Virus record (IMG/VR): IMGVR_UViG_3300038393_002936
Direction: 5' to 3' (one strand)
Source: a virus
DNA length: 64,000 nucleotides
The notes under the pieces are model-generated. The model did not search any database. It saw nothing but the letters and a program-made list of their open reading frames with translations, and had not been told where the DNA came from. Position numbers and translations under genes: made by a program. Shown here piece by piece: positions 18,273 through 27,516 of this stretch. Position 1 is the first letter of the stretch, and the number at the start of each line of letters is the position of its first letter.

Positions 18273-18300
18273 ATCTGGTCACCAAAACGGGAGGCCTCTT

Positions 18301-18501
18301 GTGTCTGTTGACGAAGCGTTCAAGGCAGGTCTGGCGTCGGTCAGGGAATCGGGCGTGAGGGTCGACACGAAGGACATTGCCGTCCTGGCCACATGGAGCG
18401 TGTTCGAGAAACGAGCCCGGAAGGTCGAATTCGACCCGCGGTTCGAGGCGGACGGGCCGCGGTACGCCCGGCTGCTCATCCTGCAAGCTCTGATGGCGTG
18501 A
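18301..18501 (+). CDS. hypothetical protein
   Basis: GGAGG RBS. Confidence 0.55.
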   Translation: MSVDEAFKAGLASVRESGVRVDTKDIAVLATWSVFEKRARKVEFDPRFEADGPRYARLLILQALMA

Positions 18502-18767
18502 CTGTTTTTCCAACTGACATTCTCGGAGCGACTCACATGGTGTCCATTTGGTTGCTCGGAACGGTCATCCCGGTCAGTCTCGGTCGACACTCGTACATGG
18601 AAGCGGTCGAATACCTCCGGCGGTTCCGGGACACGGAACAGGTCCAGTTCTTCGGTGACGAATACCACCCGTTGTTTACCGGGAACCTGGCCGAGTCGTT
18701 CGAGTGGCTGAGCACCCAGACCGCTCGGCTCATCGAGCGCGGGCTTCGGCCGGTTGGGATGGTGTAG
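18498..18767 (+). CDS. hypothetical protein
   Basis: GTGA-coupled to the upstream gene. Confidence 0.5.
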   Translation: MTVFPTDILGATHMVSIWLLGTVIPVSLGRHSYMEAVEYLRRFRDTEQVQFFGDEYHPLFTGNLAESFEWLSTQTARLIERGLRPVGMV

Positions 18768-18829
18768 CTGGAATTCCGGCAGGGAAGTGAGGCAGTGTCG
18801 TTTTACCAAGTATTACCTGGAGTCTCACC

Positions 18830-19033
18830 GTGAACGAGTACCGCAAGCTGGTGACCAAGTGGGACCTGATGCAGGTTTTGTTCGGGAAAGGAACCGCTTA
18901 CATCGTGGTCGGCGACATCCAAGGCATCTTGGCGACCATTGAGAGGGAGAGCGGCGACGGGAGGCATTTCCTGCTGACGGTCAACACCGAGTGCGGTGGT
19001 CTTCAGGAGGTGTACTGGAAATCGGCCGACTGA
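18830..19033 (+). CDS. hypothetical protein
   Basis: GGAG RBS. Confidence 0.55.
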   Translation: MNEYRKLVTKWDLMQVLFGKGTAYIVVGDIQGILATIERESGDGRHFLLTVNTECGGLQEVYWKSAD

Positions 19034-19066
19034 GCAGTTTTACTAAATATAACCAAGGAGCCCACC

Positions 19067-19501
19067 ATGCACACCCAGGCCCGAACCCACATCCGGTGGA
19101 TGATTCAGCGGGACATGCCGGACATCCTCAGTACCGAATCCTACCTGGCCGAGCCGTGGTCGGAGAACGCCATCCTCGGCCGGCTCCGCCACCGCCACTG
19201 CATCGGGCTCGTCGTCGAGGCGGGCGACCGGGTGGTGGGGCACGCGATTTACGAGCTCCACAAGCGGAAGTTAGTTCTGACCCGGATGGCGGTCCACCCC
19301 ATCCACCGTCGGTGCGGGGTCGGCCGAGCCCTGATGACCAAACTCCTGAACAAGCTCGGCACCCACCGCCGCCCATTCCTGGTGGTGAAGGTCGATGAGC
19401 GAGACCTGCTCACGACCTGCCAGTTCCTCAAACAGTTCAACCCCGCCAGGGTCGGCCTGGCTGACGGTCGGGTCCGGTTCGTGTTCCGGGCGGATGTCTA
19501 G
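19067..19501 (+). CDS. GNAT acetyltransferase, planctomycete RimI-like
   Basis: IRWMIQRDMPDIL...CIGLV...IYELHK...AVHPIHRRCGVG (acetyl-CoA motif RRxGxG). Confidence 0.8.
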   Translation: MHTQARTHIRWMIQRDMPDILSTESYLAEPWSENAILGRLRHRHCIGLVVEAGDRVVGHAIYELHKRKLVLTRMAVHPIHRRCGVGRALMTKLLNKLGTHRRPFLVVKVDERDLLTTCQFLKQFNPARVGLADGRVRFVFRADV

Positions 19502-19572
19502 CCCGGTTGTTATACGCACCACCGGTTCCAAGTTGCCGAGAAGCCGAAATCTAACACGCGAGGTACGAGCAC

Positions 19573-19815
19573 ATGAACATCACCACCCGAAACCGGGTCC
19601 GGGCCGAGGCCATGACCGCGGTCGCCCGCGACCTGGGCCGGTTCGCCTGTCCCTACCCGCCAGGGTCGTTCGAAGAGACCACCTGGCTACAAGCCTACGC
19701 CGAATACGAACAGGTCATCGACCGGGAGCGGCTGGACTGGGCGTGGAGTGAGGAAGAGAACAGCTCAAAAGACGAGGAAGTCGCGTTGTCGAGAGTCGTC
19801 GGCAGATGGAGGTAA
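19573..19815 (+). CDS. hypothetical protein
   Basis: GAGG RBS; CPYPPGS motif. Confidence 0.5.
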   Translation: MNITTRNRVRAEAMTAVARDLGRFACPYPPGSFEETTWLQAYAEYEQVIDRERLDWAWSEEENSSKDEEVALSRVVGRWR

Positions 19816-19817
19816 TT

Positions 19818-20042
19818 ATGAACCGAACACCACAAAAAGGCGATACGGTCCGTCTCCTCACGAAACCGTCCGGGTATACCACGTCGAGCTACCCGCTCAC
19901 GGTCGGCAAGGAATATTTGGTCGTCGACTTGATGGGGTCCTGCGTCGTCACCACCTGCGATGACCCGGATTGGTTTCCGCTCCCGTCGTACTGGCGGGGA
20001 TGGGTCGAAGTGGTCAACTATGACTCTCCTGCCGGAAAGTAA
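19818..20042 (+). CDS. hypothetical protein (C-terminus overlaps motif A)
   Basis: GGAGG RBS; ends SPAGK encoded by CTCTCCTGCCGGAA. Confidence 0.55.
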   Translation: MNRTPQKGDTVRLLTKPSGYTTSSYPLTVGKEYLVVDLMGSCVVTTCDDPDWFPLPSYWRGWVEVVNYDSPAGK

Positions 20043-20054
20043 ACAAGGAGTTTT

Positions 20055-20318
20055 ATGTACACCCTGGACCTGACGCCCGACGAACTCGCCGCCTTCCAGT
20101 GGGTCGGCCACCGCTACAATGCCGGCCCCGTCATGAAATTGCTTGAGCAGTGCGAAGTGGTCCCGGCCGAGACCCGCCCGCCGGCCATTCGCTACAGTGT
20201 GCCCGAACATGTGGCCTGGCGAATCTGCGAACTACGCGACGAAGAGCACGGGTCCTGGCCCTGTTTTGATGCCTACCTGCGGCAGAAGCTGAATCGGTTT
20301 TGCGACGGGGTGGTCTGA
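20055..20318 (+). CDS. hypothetical protein
   Basis: AAGGAG RBS. Confidence 0.6.
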   Translation: MYTLDLTPDELAAFQWVGHRYNAGPVMKLLEQCEVVPAETRPPAIRYSVPEHVAWRICELRDEEHGSWPCFDAYLRQKLNRFCDGVV

Positions 20319-20586
20319 GCCCCACCCCGGCTGTCGCCCATAATAGCATCCCGGAGAACCCATGTTCGGCGTCGTCTACACGAACCACCAGGGAGTGAGG
20401 AAATACTTCATGGGGTTCGACCTCGAATCCGCCTACGCCCACGCCCGGTTTTGTGAGGCGGTGGGCATGAAAGATGTGGTCGTGACCGTCCTTTGAAGGC
20501 TTTTTCCGGCAGGAGAGGGGAACAGTCCCGACCCTCCCCCGCCCCACCCACTAACCCACCTGCGCGAGCGTGAGCTGGAGGCGAAC

Positions 20587-20838
20587 ATGGACGAGACTCA
20601 AGCACCCGACCCCGTGAGAGTCAGCGACCTACTCAAACAGGCCCGGCGTATTGCCGCCGACGCCCCGAACCGCACCTGGGCCGAAGCCTGCTGGGCCTAC
20701 GGGGTGCTCGACCGACACAAGGGCAAGAGCGGCGAACGGTACGTACTGGGAGCCAACCGGGCCAGCTACGAACAAGGCCGGAGCGACCTGGAGGCCGCTC
20801 TGGCTAACGAGGCCAAAACCCCTTCAGTGTCTAGTTAA
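20587..20838 (+). CDS. hypothetical protein
   Basis: GGAGG RBS. Confidence 0.55.
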   Translation: MDETQAPDPVRVSDLLKQARRIAADAPNRTWAEACWAYGVLDRHKGKSGERYVLGANRASYEQGRSDLEAALANEAKTPSVSS

Positions 20839-21042
20839 ACAGACACTTTTGTTGATTTCAATGGTCCCGAGTTGATTCCCCCCTAGGTCAAAAACCCGCA
20901 TCGACTGGTTTTTAACTATACATAAATATACATTAGCCACCGTTAGCAAGCACAACAACACCAGAAACGTTCGCCCGATGAAGTCCAAAAATGGGTTTTT
21001 ATAAGTCCTTGCCCCACAAGGACATAATGGAGGTTTGTCAAA

Positions 21043-21300
21043 ATGCCGGAAGTCCGGACCATCAAAACCGTACGACTCAGCCGGGTCATCTCCAAGGACC
21101 CCGATGAGTTCGCCGACCTCGTCAACACCCACGGGAAGCTCGAAGAGGGCCCCAACAACGCCTTCACCTTCTCCCCGAACGGCCGCACCGACTGGGTCGA
21201 AATGACCGCGACCAGTGTCGATAGCTACAGCGGGCATGTCGCCGTAAGTACCGACCGTGACAATGTTTTCGTGTTTCGCGTGGCGGGCACGGAGGGGTGA
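21043..21300 (+). CDS. hypothetical protein
   Basis: GGAGG RBS. Confidence 0.55.
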   Translation: MPEVRTIKTVRLSRVISKDPDEFADLVNTHGKLEEGPNNAFTFSPNGRTDWVEMTATSVDSYSGHVAVSTDRDNVFVFRVAGTEG

Positions 21301-21628
21301 AAAGTCGGGGTGGGAGGGGCATGTTTGGGGTGGGGAGCGGCAATTGACTAATAGTTGTTGGAAAGAATGGTCTTGGCGCGACATCAGGATATGCAAGAGC
21401 CCTAAGAGAGTCTGGAGAGTGAGTGTAGTGCTCTAGGTACTTCTACTGGTTGTAGTAGGGGTATGGAGCTAAAGAGTATCTAAAATAACTGGCGATAGCC
21501 AAAAGAGTTAGGGAGAAAAGGGGATGGAGCTCAACCGAGGTCCAAATGAGTGTGAAAGGGGCTATTGGGAGTTCTGAGGGTGTCCTGGAAGGGATTGGTT
21601 GAATCACAATCAAGGGGAATATCTGTGA

Positions 21629-21779
21629 CTTCCCTGCCGGATAGATTCGTCGGGAATTCCGGGAGGATGCCGGAGATTCGGCAGAGTGGGATTGTTTAAA
21701 TAGTGTCCGGCGAGACACAGGTCTTTTCCGGCAGGAGAGTTGGGGCCTGTGGAATCTGTCAATAGGGGGGATTGGAAGT
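21629..21779. repeat. composite A/A/B element
   Basis: CTTCCCTGCCGGA ... TTCCGGCAGGAGAG ... CAATAGGGGGGATTGGAAGT. Confidence 0.7.
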
Positions 21780-21793
21780 TAGGGGCAATAACA

Positions 21794-22018
21794 ATGAAAG
21801 ACAAATTCATTCTCTGCTCAGGAACGGTGCAACCCTACGTCTTCCGAGAACAACCGTGGTTTATGCGACACTTTGGCTGTGCAGTCTACGACAGAGATAA
21901 ACCCGTTCTGTCCGAAGGGAGGCGGGCAAGAGCGCAACCCATCATTGACCGGATGAATGCGGGAGAACTCACGCCCGAGCAAGGAATGGAATTACTCAAC
22001 GAACACGCTTTTTGGTAG
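21794..22018 (+). CDS. hypothetical protein
   Basis: ATG downstream of motif B. Confidence 0.55.
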   Translation: MKDKFILCSGTVQPYVFREQPWFMRHFGCAVYDRDKPVLSEGRRARAQPIIDRMNAGELTPEQGMELLNEHAFW

Positions 22019-22047
22019 CCACGAGCCAACAAGGGGGATTGGAAGCC

Positions 22048-22377
22048 ATGACCACAAACAAAACATGCATCAAGTGCAAAGTGGCCAACTCACCCCATGC
22101 GGTCTGCGACGAGTGCGTTAAGAAATACGCCGCAATCAAACTCAGCCCCCAAGGGGTAGCCGCCGTCCAGGCCGCGATGAAGGCCAACCCCGATGTTTCT
22201 TCATGGTACTTGTTCCACGATGGGCGAGTCATTCTAGAGCAAGAGTATCAACAACAAATGACAAGCAGGACTGCCCAGCTGGTGGCAATCAGCCGAGACG
22301 GGTTTCCGATTCTGGTCAACCGACGATTCATGAACATTATGCACCTCCCAGCCGCAACCACGGAAGACACGACATGA
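22048..22377 (+). CDS. hypothetical protein with CxxC...CxxC
   Basis: ATG directly after motif B variant AAGGGGGATTGGAAGCC. Confidence 0.55.
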   Translation: MTTNKTCIKCKVANSPHAVCDECVKKYAAIKLSPQGVAAVQAAMKANPDVSSWYLFHDGRVILEQEYQQQMTSRTAQLVAISRDGFPILVNRRFMNIMHLPAATTEDTT

Positions 22378-23030
22378 CGATTTACCAGACAATTACGGCT
22401 CTTACGAAGGCCCGGGAAACCGGCAAGAGCATCGTGGTAATCGAGCCGGTCATCTTGGACCAGTGGCGAACGCCCGATGTGATGAAGTTAGCGTATCGGG
22501 TGTTCGTTGAGGACGACATCGGTAGCCTCCCCATCCTGGCCGACGCCCTTCAAGACGCCGGGTGTGAAAACCTCGAAATTCTGATGTCGTGCCAGACGGG
22601 GGAGATGACCCCGGATGCGGTGGCGGTAGTCGAGGCCGTTCTCACCACGCCCGAAGTGGACCGGTTCTTTCAGGATTTTATACGGGCGGCTCTGTGGTCT
22701 TCAAACGATGAGGACGGGATTCCACTCGACGAAAGTCACGACGTCGAGGACATCGAACCGTCTACACGGGTGCTGATGAAGGCCGAATGTGTAGAGTTCT
22801 ACACAAAGAACCGGCACGATATCGAAACCGCCTGCCTCAAGGTCCACGACGACAACGGGCCGGAAGGACAAGCCGGGTACGACTTCTGGATGACCCGACA
22901 TGGGCATGGCGTCGGATTCTGGGAAACAAACGATTGGGAAGAAAAGGCCGGGGAACGGCTCACCGTGTCAGCGGGAAAATATGAAGAATGGTATCTGTAC
23001 GTCGAGGATGGGGCCATCTACGGGAACTAG
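22374..23030 (+). CDS. chimeric protein: Gemmata-type 'LPILADALQDAGC' motif fused to a phage domain
   Basis: WRTPDV...LPILADALQDAGCEN then ALWSS...AGYDFWMTRHGHGVGFWE. Confidence 0.65.
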   Translation: MTIYQTITALTKARETGKSIVVIEPVILDQWRTPDVMKLAYRVFVEDDIGSLPILADALQDAGCENLEILMSCQTGEMTPDAVAVVEAVLTTPEVDRFFQDFIRAALWSSNDEDGIPLDESHDVEDIEPSTRVLMKAECVEFYTKNRHDIETACLKVHDDNGPEGQAGYDFWMTRHGHGVGFWETNDWEEKAGERLTVSAGKYEEWYLYVEDGAIYGN

Positions 23031-23129
23031 GCAACGCGGAGCCCAGCCCCTTTCGGCCCCGAGCTCCCCTGTGCCTCTCCCGCCGATAATAGAAGGGATT
23101 GGAAGTTTCAACCGCCGGAGGTATCAGAA

Positions 23130-23393
23130 ATGATTCAAAAAGGCTCTGTCCTCCGCCTGCACGAAAAAGGGCTTTATAGGGTCGGGGACTTTCGAATTAC
23201 CATCAGTGAAGAGTCAGGAAATTACGTGGCCCAGCTGATGATGACGGGAGACGATGGGGTCGAATACTGGTATCCGGTAGAAATGGTCGTGGAGCTCATT
23301 CGCGACAGTAAACTCTACCCACACGGGCAAGAAGACATCATTGGCCGGCTTCACAAGATTCTGGCAGAGAAGCGACAAGGAACGGAGCCTTAA
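23130..23393 (+). CDS. hypothetical protein flanked by motif B copies
   Basis: GGAGG RBS; TAA stop supplied by motif B. Confidence 0.55.
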   Translation: MIQKGSVLRLHEKGLYRVGDFRITISEESGNYVAQLMMTGDDGVEYWYPVEMVVELIRDSKLYPHGQEDIIGRLHKILAEKRQGTEP

Positions 23394-23436
23394 TAGAGGG
23401 GATTGGAAGTTTAGACTACGCCTGAAGGAGCATCCC

Positions 23437-23859
23437 GTGACCATTATTGACCGCGATTTGAAGAACGCGAACTTCGACACCGTAACGGCCGCCTGTGACT
23501 GTTGTGGGACCAAGTGCCCCGAGACCACGCGGTGCGGGACGGGCCACTGGGAAAAGGAAATGGCTCGGCTGAATGCGCTGGACAAGGGGTGGTCGGAGAA
23601 GCCCTGGGGCTCAATGCGGGTGCTCGTCTGCCCTACCTGCCAGCAGCACGACACGAACCGCCAGCTGGCGATGTTCAAGTGGCGGGACATCCGGACCGGC
23701 CGCCGGGTGGTGATGACCGAGGCCCAGCTCGAGGCCCTGGTGTCGCACCTGATGACTGTGAACGGGGAGGAAAACGAACTGGCGAACCGTCTGGCATCCG
23801 AGCCAAACCCAAACCGGGTGGGGACACTGGATAGCTTGGTGGTCTTCATCCGTTATTAG
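23437..23859 (+). CDS. hypothetical Zn-finger protein
   Basis: AAGGAG RBS, CDCC...CPTC. Confidence 0.55.
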   Translation: MTIIDRDLKNANFDTVTAACDCCGTKCPETTRCGTGHWEKEMARLNALDKGWSEKPWGSMRVLVCPTCQQHDTNRQLAMFKWRDIRTGRRVVMTEAQLEALVSHLMTVNGEENELANRLASEPNPNRVGTLDSLVVFIRY

Positions 23860-23899
23860 AGCAAAGTGCCTACCCGACCGTTCCTACTACCTAACGGGC

Positions 23900-23928
23900 T
23901 TGACTCACGCTGTCGTTTACACTATTTT
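23900..23928 (+). promoter_or_regulatory. sigma70-like promoter
   Basis: TTGACT-17 bp-TATTTT. Confidence 0.7.
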
Positions 23929-24032
23929 AAAGCATTGCTCCGGCAGGAAGGGGGGCAGTGGGCGGGAAGACTTCCAATCCCCCCATCAAAGCTTCCTAGG
24001 GATATTTCCAACTCCGCCAGGGGACGCAGTCC

Positions 24033-24257
24033 ATGGACCCCGCACTCTGCTACGACGAATTCTTCGACGCCCTCAAGGCAGGTCGCCTATCGGAGGCCTG
24101 TGACAGGGCGGACGACCTCGAACAGTGGTTTCGTAAAGGCGGCTTTGTTCCGCCAAAGCTCGAAGCCCGAAAGATGTCGGCTCCGCTTTTAGCGGAAATG
24201 TTCTTTCAGACCAGTTTGGTCCTGATGTGGGCTCGGTCGGACATCGAGGACGACTAG
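24033..24257 (+). CDS. hypothetical protein, paralog of 26063..26287
   Basis: MDPALCYDEFFDALKAGRLS...WFRKGGFVPPKL. Confidence 0.7.
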   Translation: MDPALCYDEFFDALKAGRLSEACDRADDLEQWFRKGGFVPPKLEARKMSAPLLAEMFFQTSLVLMWARSDIEDD

Positions 24258-24305
24258 CTGGCTTCGCCAGCGAATAGTTATTCCAAAAATAGGAGCGCAA
24301 CACCT

Positions 24306-24593
24306 GTGACTATTCAGGAAAGGGTTCAGCGAGGGATTGAACTGCTTGATGCGAAAGTTCCCGGCTGGGCCAGCAGGATTAACCTGGACAACCTTCAGTT
24401 AAGCGACTGTGTCGAGTGCGTTCTGGGCCAACTCTTCGGCCGGTTTTCGAAAGGGGCGGACGAGCTCGGCCTGGACTACTGCTCAAGCAAAATCAGAGAC
24501 CACGGATTCGACGCCCAACCGAGTGACGCAACAGGTGACTTCCAAAGACTCCAAAAAGAGTGGGTGCGACGAATCCAGGAACGCAAGGCTTAA
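24306..24593 (+). CDS. 'QERVQRG...CxxCVLGQLF' family protein 1
   Basis: paralogs at 26333 and 26623. Confidence 0.7.
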   Translation: MTIQERVQRGIELLDAKVPGWASRINLDNLQLSDCVECVLGQLFGRFSKGADELGLDYCSSKIRDHGFDAQPSDATGDFQRLQKEWVRRIQERKA

Positions 24594-24691
24594 TAGAGGG
24601 GATTGCTTGGGTGAGCTTCGCTCACGGTGGCCCATTCTGTTCGTCCCTTATGTACCGAAAAACAGAAAAAGCGACCGCCACCATCAGGTAA

Positions 24692-24731
24692 TTCCGGCAG
24701 GAGAGGGAGACACTGCCACTTTCCTGCCGGA
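24692..24731. repeat. motif A inverted pair
   Basis: TTCCGGCAGGAGAGGG...CTTTCCTGCCGGA. Confidence 0.8.
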
Positions 24732-24845
24732 CAAAGTGCCGTCGGTTGTCCAAGCAAACTCCCCCATTAAGACCGAGCGAAGCGAGTCAAGTTTCTAACC
24801 ACCTACTCGTGCCCACCAGGGCACTTTCAGCTCTGACAGGGAACC

Positions 24846-25082
24846 ATGACAAGGGACCAAAGACACCAGATGGTCGAGGAACTTGCCGGCAAACTAGGAC
24901 TGCAAATAAAACGAACGGCCAATAATGACTGGGCAGTTAGCGGCCCCGAAGGGCATCGAGGGATGCTGTCGTACAACCAGAAATCGGGAGTCTGGAAAGC
25001 AATTGGAGGCAGCCTAAGTAAAGCTCACTACGGGGAAGTTGGTGGCCTCTTGAATTTATTTGCCTGCACAAAAGCTAAGTGA
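24846..25082 (+). CDS. hypothetical protein
   Basis: AGGGG RBS, 78 aa. Confidence 0.55.
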   Translation: MTRDQRHQMVEELAGKLGLQIKRTANNDWAVSGPEGHRGMLSYNQKSGVWKAIGGSLSKAHYGEVGGLLNLFACTKAK

Positions 25083-25098
25083 TGTGGGGAGAAGCAAG

Positions 25099-25551
25099 AT
25101 GCGGAAAAAAGTAGAAACTGTGCCCGTCGACTTCGTCCGCACCATAGGCAAGGACGGGAACCGGCTTTTTGACTACATCGAGACGCAGATTTGAGAACAG
25201 GACCCAGACGAGCCAAAAGGATACGTGCGGTTCGTCCAGTGCCGACCCTTGAAAGATGTGCGGTACTTGCTCCGCAAGGCCCTCGACGCCGCGGGTATTT
25301 CTTACGAATACGTCAGCAATTACCCGGAGGCTGACAAGGGCCAGCCGTGGCCGGGCGCCCGGGACGGTGAGACCTTCGTCAACCTGGAGCCGGGTGGGAA
25401 CGAGGGTTATTCGCTGTACGTGAACGTGCGAGTCCCGAGCCCGAACCGCGACGGGACTTACACGCTTTTTCAGCCAATTCGAGTCAAGCTACTGAGCACA
25501 GTCGATGAAGCCCTAAAGGCTCATGGCTTCGTGTCTTACTTGTTTCAATAG
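25099..25551 (+). pseudogene. hypothetical gene with in-frame TGA at 25192-25194 (or a CDS starting at 25225)
   Basis: MRKKVETVPVDF...ETQI*EQDPDEPKGYVRFVQ in one frame with a GGGGAG RBS. Confidence 0.5.
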
Positions 25552-25568
25552 TTAACCCGACGGCGGTC

Positions 25569-25597
25569 TTGACAATCGCTGTTATTTACACTATTTT
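25569..25597 (+). promoter_or_regulatory. sigma70-like promoter
   Basis: TTGACA-17 bp-TATTTT; spacer similar to 23900 and 25929. Confidence 0.7.
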
Positions 25598-25654
25598 ACG
25601 AAAACCGCACGGGACGCAGTCCCGACGCAGGGCAAAGCCCCGACAGGAGCAAGC

Positions 25655-25873
25655 GTGCTAGCATCTGAACGGAACCCAATTGTCGTGGACATTGAATTTA
25701 AGATAGATATGTTAAAAATTGGAACAACAAAGACCAAACTGGAGCTTTCACTATCTGACACTGGAGAATCAGCCGAACAAGAAGCCATCGAAGCGGCAAC
25801 CGCACGCATTCAGCGACTGTTCGCCGGGACGAGGGCAATGATGCCACAATCGGAAAATCCCAATGAGGCATGA
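25655..25873 (+). CDS. hypothetical protein
   Basis: AGGAG RBS downstream of a promoter. Confidence 0.5.
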   Translation: MLASERNPIVVDIEFKIDMLKIGTTKTKLELSLSDTGESAEQEAIEAATARIQRLFAGTRAMMPQSENPNEA

Positions 25874-26062
25874 ACACCAAGCTCGGTAGGCTCGACCGAG
25901 TTTTTTCGGAACTGCGGCCCGGTCGGGCTTGAGACACGCTGTCGTTTACTCTATTTTATAGCATTGTTCCGGCAGGAAAGGGGGCAGTGGGCGAGCGAAC
26001 TTCCAATCCTCCCCATTAAGGCTTCCTAAGGATTTTTCCAACTCCGCCCGGGAGCGAAGCTC

Positions 26063-26287
26063 ATGGACCCAACAGTCTGCTACGACGAGTTCCTCGACGC
26101 CCTCAAGGCGGGTCGTCTGTCGGTAGCCTGCGACCGGGCGGACGACCTCGAAGGGTGGTTTCGCAAGGGCGGCTTTGTCCCGCCGAAGCTCCAGACACGA
26201 AAAATGTCAGGCTCAGTATTAACGGGAATGTTCTTTAAGACCAGTTTGGTCCTGATGTGGGCTCGGTCGGACATCGAGGACGATTAA
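26063..26287 (+). CDS. hypothetical protein, paralog of 24033..24257
   Basis: MDPTVCYDEFLDALKAGRLS. Confidence 0.7.
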   Translation: MDPTVCYDEFLDALKAGRLSVACDRADDLEGWFRKGGFVPPKLQTRKMSGSVLTGMFFKTSLVLMWARSDIEDD

Positions 26288-26332
26288 CGGTTCCGACAGG
26301 CTTGCAAAGCAAGGGTTAATAAGGGGGATAGG

Positions 26333-26611
26333 ATGGACGCCATGCAAGAGCGAGTCCAGCGAGGAATCGAGCTGCTCAACGCGAAAGTTCCCGGCTGGGT
26401 TGAGCGGATAAACATCGACGAACTCAATATGGCAATCTGCGCAAGGTGTGTTCTTGGGCAGCTTTTCGAACACTTTGACCGAGGAAGAAAAGAACTCGGC
26501 ATTAAAGGCTTCGAATACACTCACGGTTTCGATGTCGAACGCTTCGCGACAGAATATCCCAGCCTGCGAAAGGAATAGGTCCGGAGAATTAAGGAACTCA
26601 AGGCTCAATAG
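26333..26611 (+). pseudogene. 'QERVQRG' family protein 2 with premature TAG at 26576-26578
   Basis: KE*VRRIKELKAQ versus paralog KEWVRRI (TGG to TAG). Confidence 0.65.
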
Positions 26612-26622
26612 AGGGGGATTGC

Positions 26623-26940
26623 ATGGACAGGTGTGAAACGCCGACGATAAGTATTCAAGAACGAGTTCAAAAAGGAATCGACCTCCTCAACGGGGTCGAC
26701 CTGCTGTGGTTCGAAAAGGTAGACCCCAAAACCCTTGCCATGTCCAGTTGCACACGATGTGTCCTGGGCCAAATTTTCGGGCAATTTCACACGGGCTTAG
26801 AGCAAATAAACCTCGAAGAACCCGCTGCAAATTACGGCTTCGACCGCTTCAACCGGGGGATGGAAATCGGAAGCTTTCGAGAATTCGTCGACCTCAAAAA
26901 AGAATGGGTCCGACGCATTACCGAATTACGGGCATCTTAA
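26623..26940 (+). CDS. 'QERVQRG' family protein 3
   Basis: IQERVQKGIDLL...CTRCVLGQIF...KEWVRRI. Confidence 0.7.
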   Translation: MDRCETPTISIQERVQKGIDLLNGVDLLWFEKVDPKTLAMSSCTRCVLGQIFGQFHTGLEQINLEEPAANYGFDRFNRGMEIGSFREFVDLKKEWVRRITELRAS

Positions 26941-26963
26941 CAATTTCCGCGAGGTTCGCAGTC

Positions 26964-27482
26964 ATGCGAATGAATAGGCAAGAATACCTCGACCTCCTAA
27001 TCAAAACCAGTCGAGACGGCAAATTCCCGAGCCGCTGCGAGGACGAGCGAGGACCGGACTGCCGCTACCGAACACCCGATGGCGAGCGGCAATGTGCCGT
27101 CGGACTACTTATTCCGCCCGAGAAATACGTCGCGGGGATGGAATGCGGCTGTGCCCACGAATTGTTCCGCAAATTCCCATCGCTGGAAACCGTCGTCCCC
27201 GAAGGATTAACCGTCGATGACCTGCGAGAAGTTCAAATGGTCCACGACCGCCATTGTCTGTGGGACCACGAGAAGTTTGTCTTGCAGCTCATGGAACTGG
27301 AGTGCTTTCAGGGCCTGTGTCCTTCGGACGGTGAGCAAAACTCACAAGAGCGGTGCGACCAGTGCTTGGGAGTCGGAATGATGCAAACCCACACTTGGGT
27401 CGAACATGGAAAGGTTCGTTACGAAAAGTGCCCAAAATGCAAAGGTAACGGGTTCGTCTCGACGACCCAAGACAAGAAGTAG
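26964..27482 (+). CDS. 'YLDLL..TS...CxYR...CAVG' family protein 1 with C-terminal Zn-finger
   Basis: paralogs at 31423, 36852, 37498; extra CDQCLGVG...CPKCKGNG. Confidence 0.7.
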   Translation: MRMNRQEYLDLLIKTSRDGKFPSRCEDERGPDCRYRTPDGERQCAVGLLIPPEKYVAGMECGCAHELFRKFPSLETVVPEGLTVDDLREVQMVHDRHCLWDHEKFVLQLMELECFQGLCPSDGEQNSQERCDQCLGVGMMQTHTWVEHGKVRYEKCPKCKGNGFVSTTQDKK

Positions 27483-27516
27483 GCACTATTTCCGGCAGGA
27501 GAGAGGAGCATTGACC

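Larger units (their letters stand above)
23895..24606 (+). repeat. duplicated cassette copy 1 (promoter-A-B-hairpin-2 genes-B)
   Basis: aligns with 25924-26621. Confidence 0.8.
25924..26621 (+). repeat. duplicated cassette copy 2
   Basis: aligns with 23895-24606; promoter TTGAGA-17-TATTTT at 25929-25957. Confidence 0.8.
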
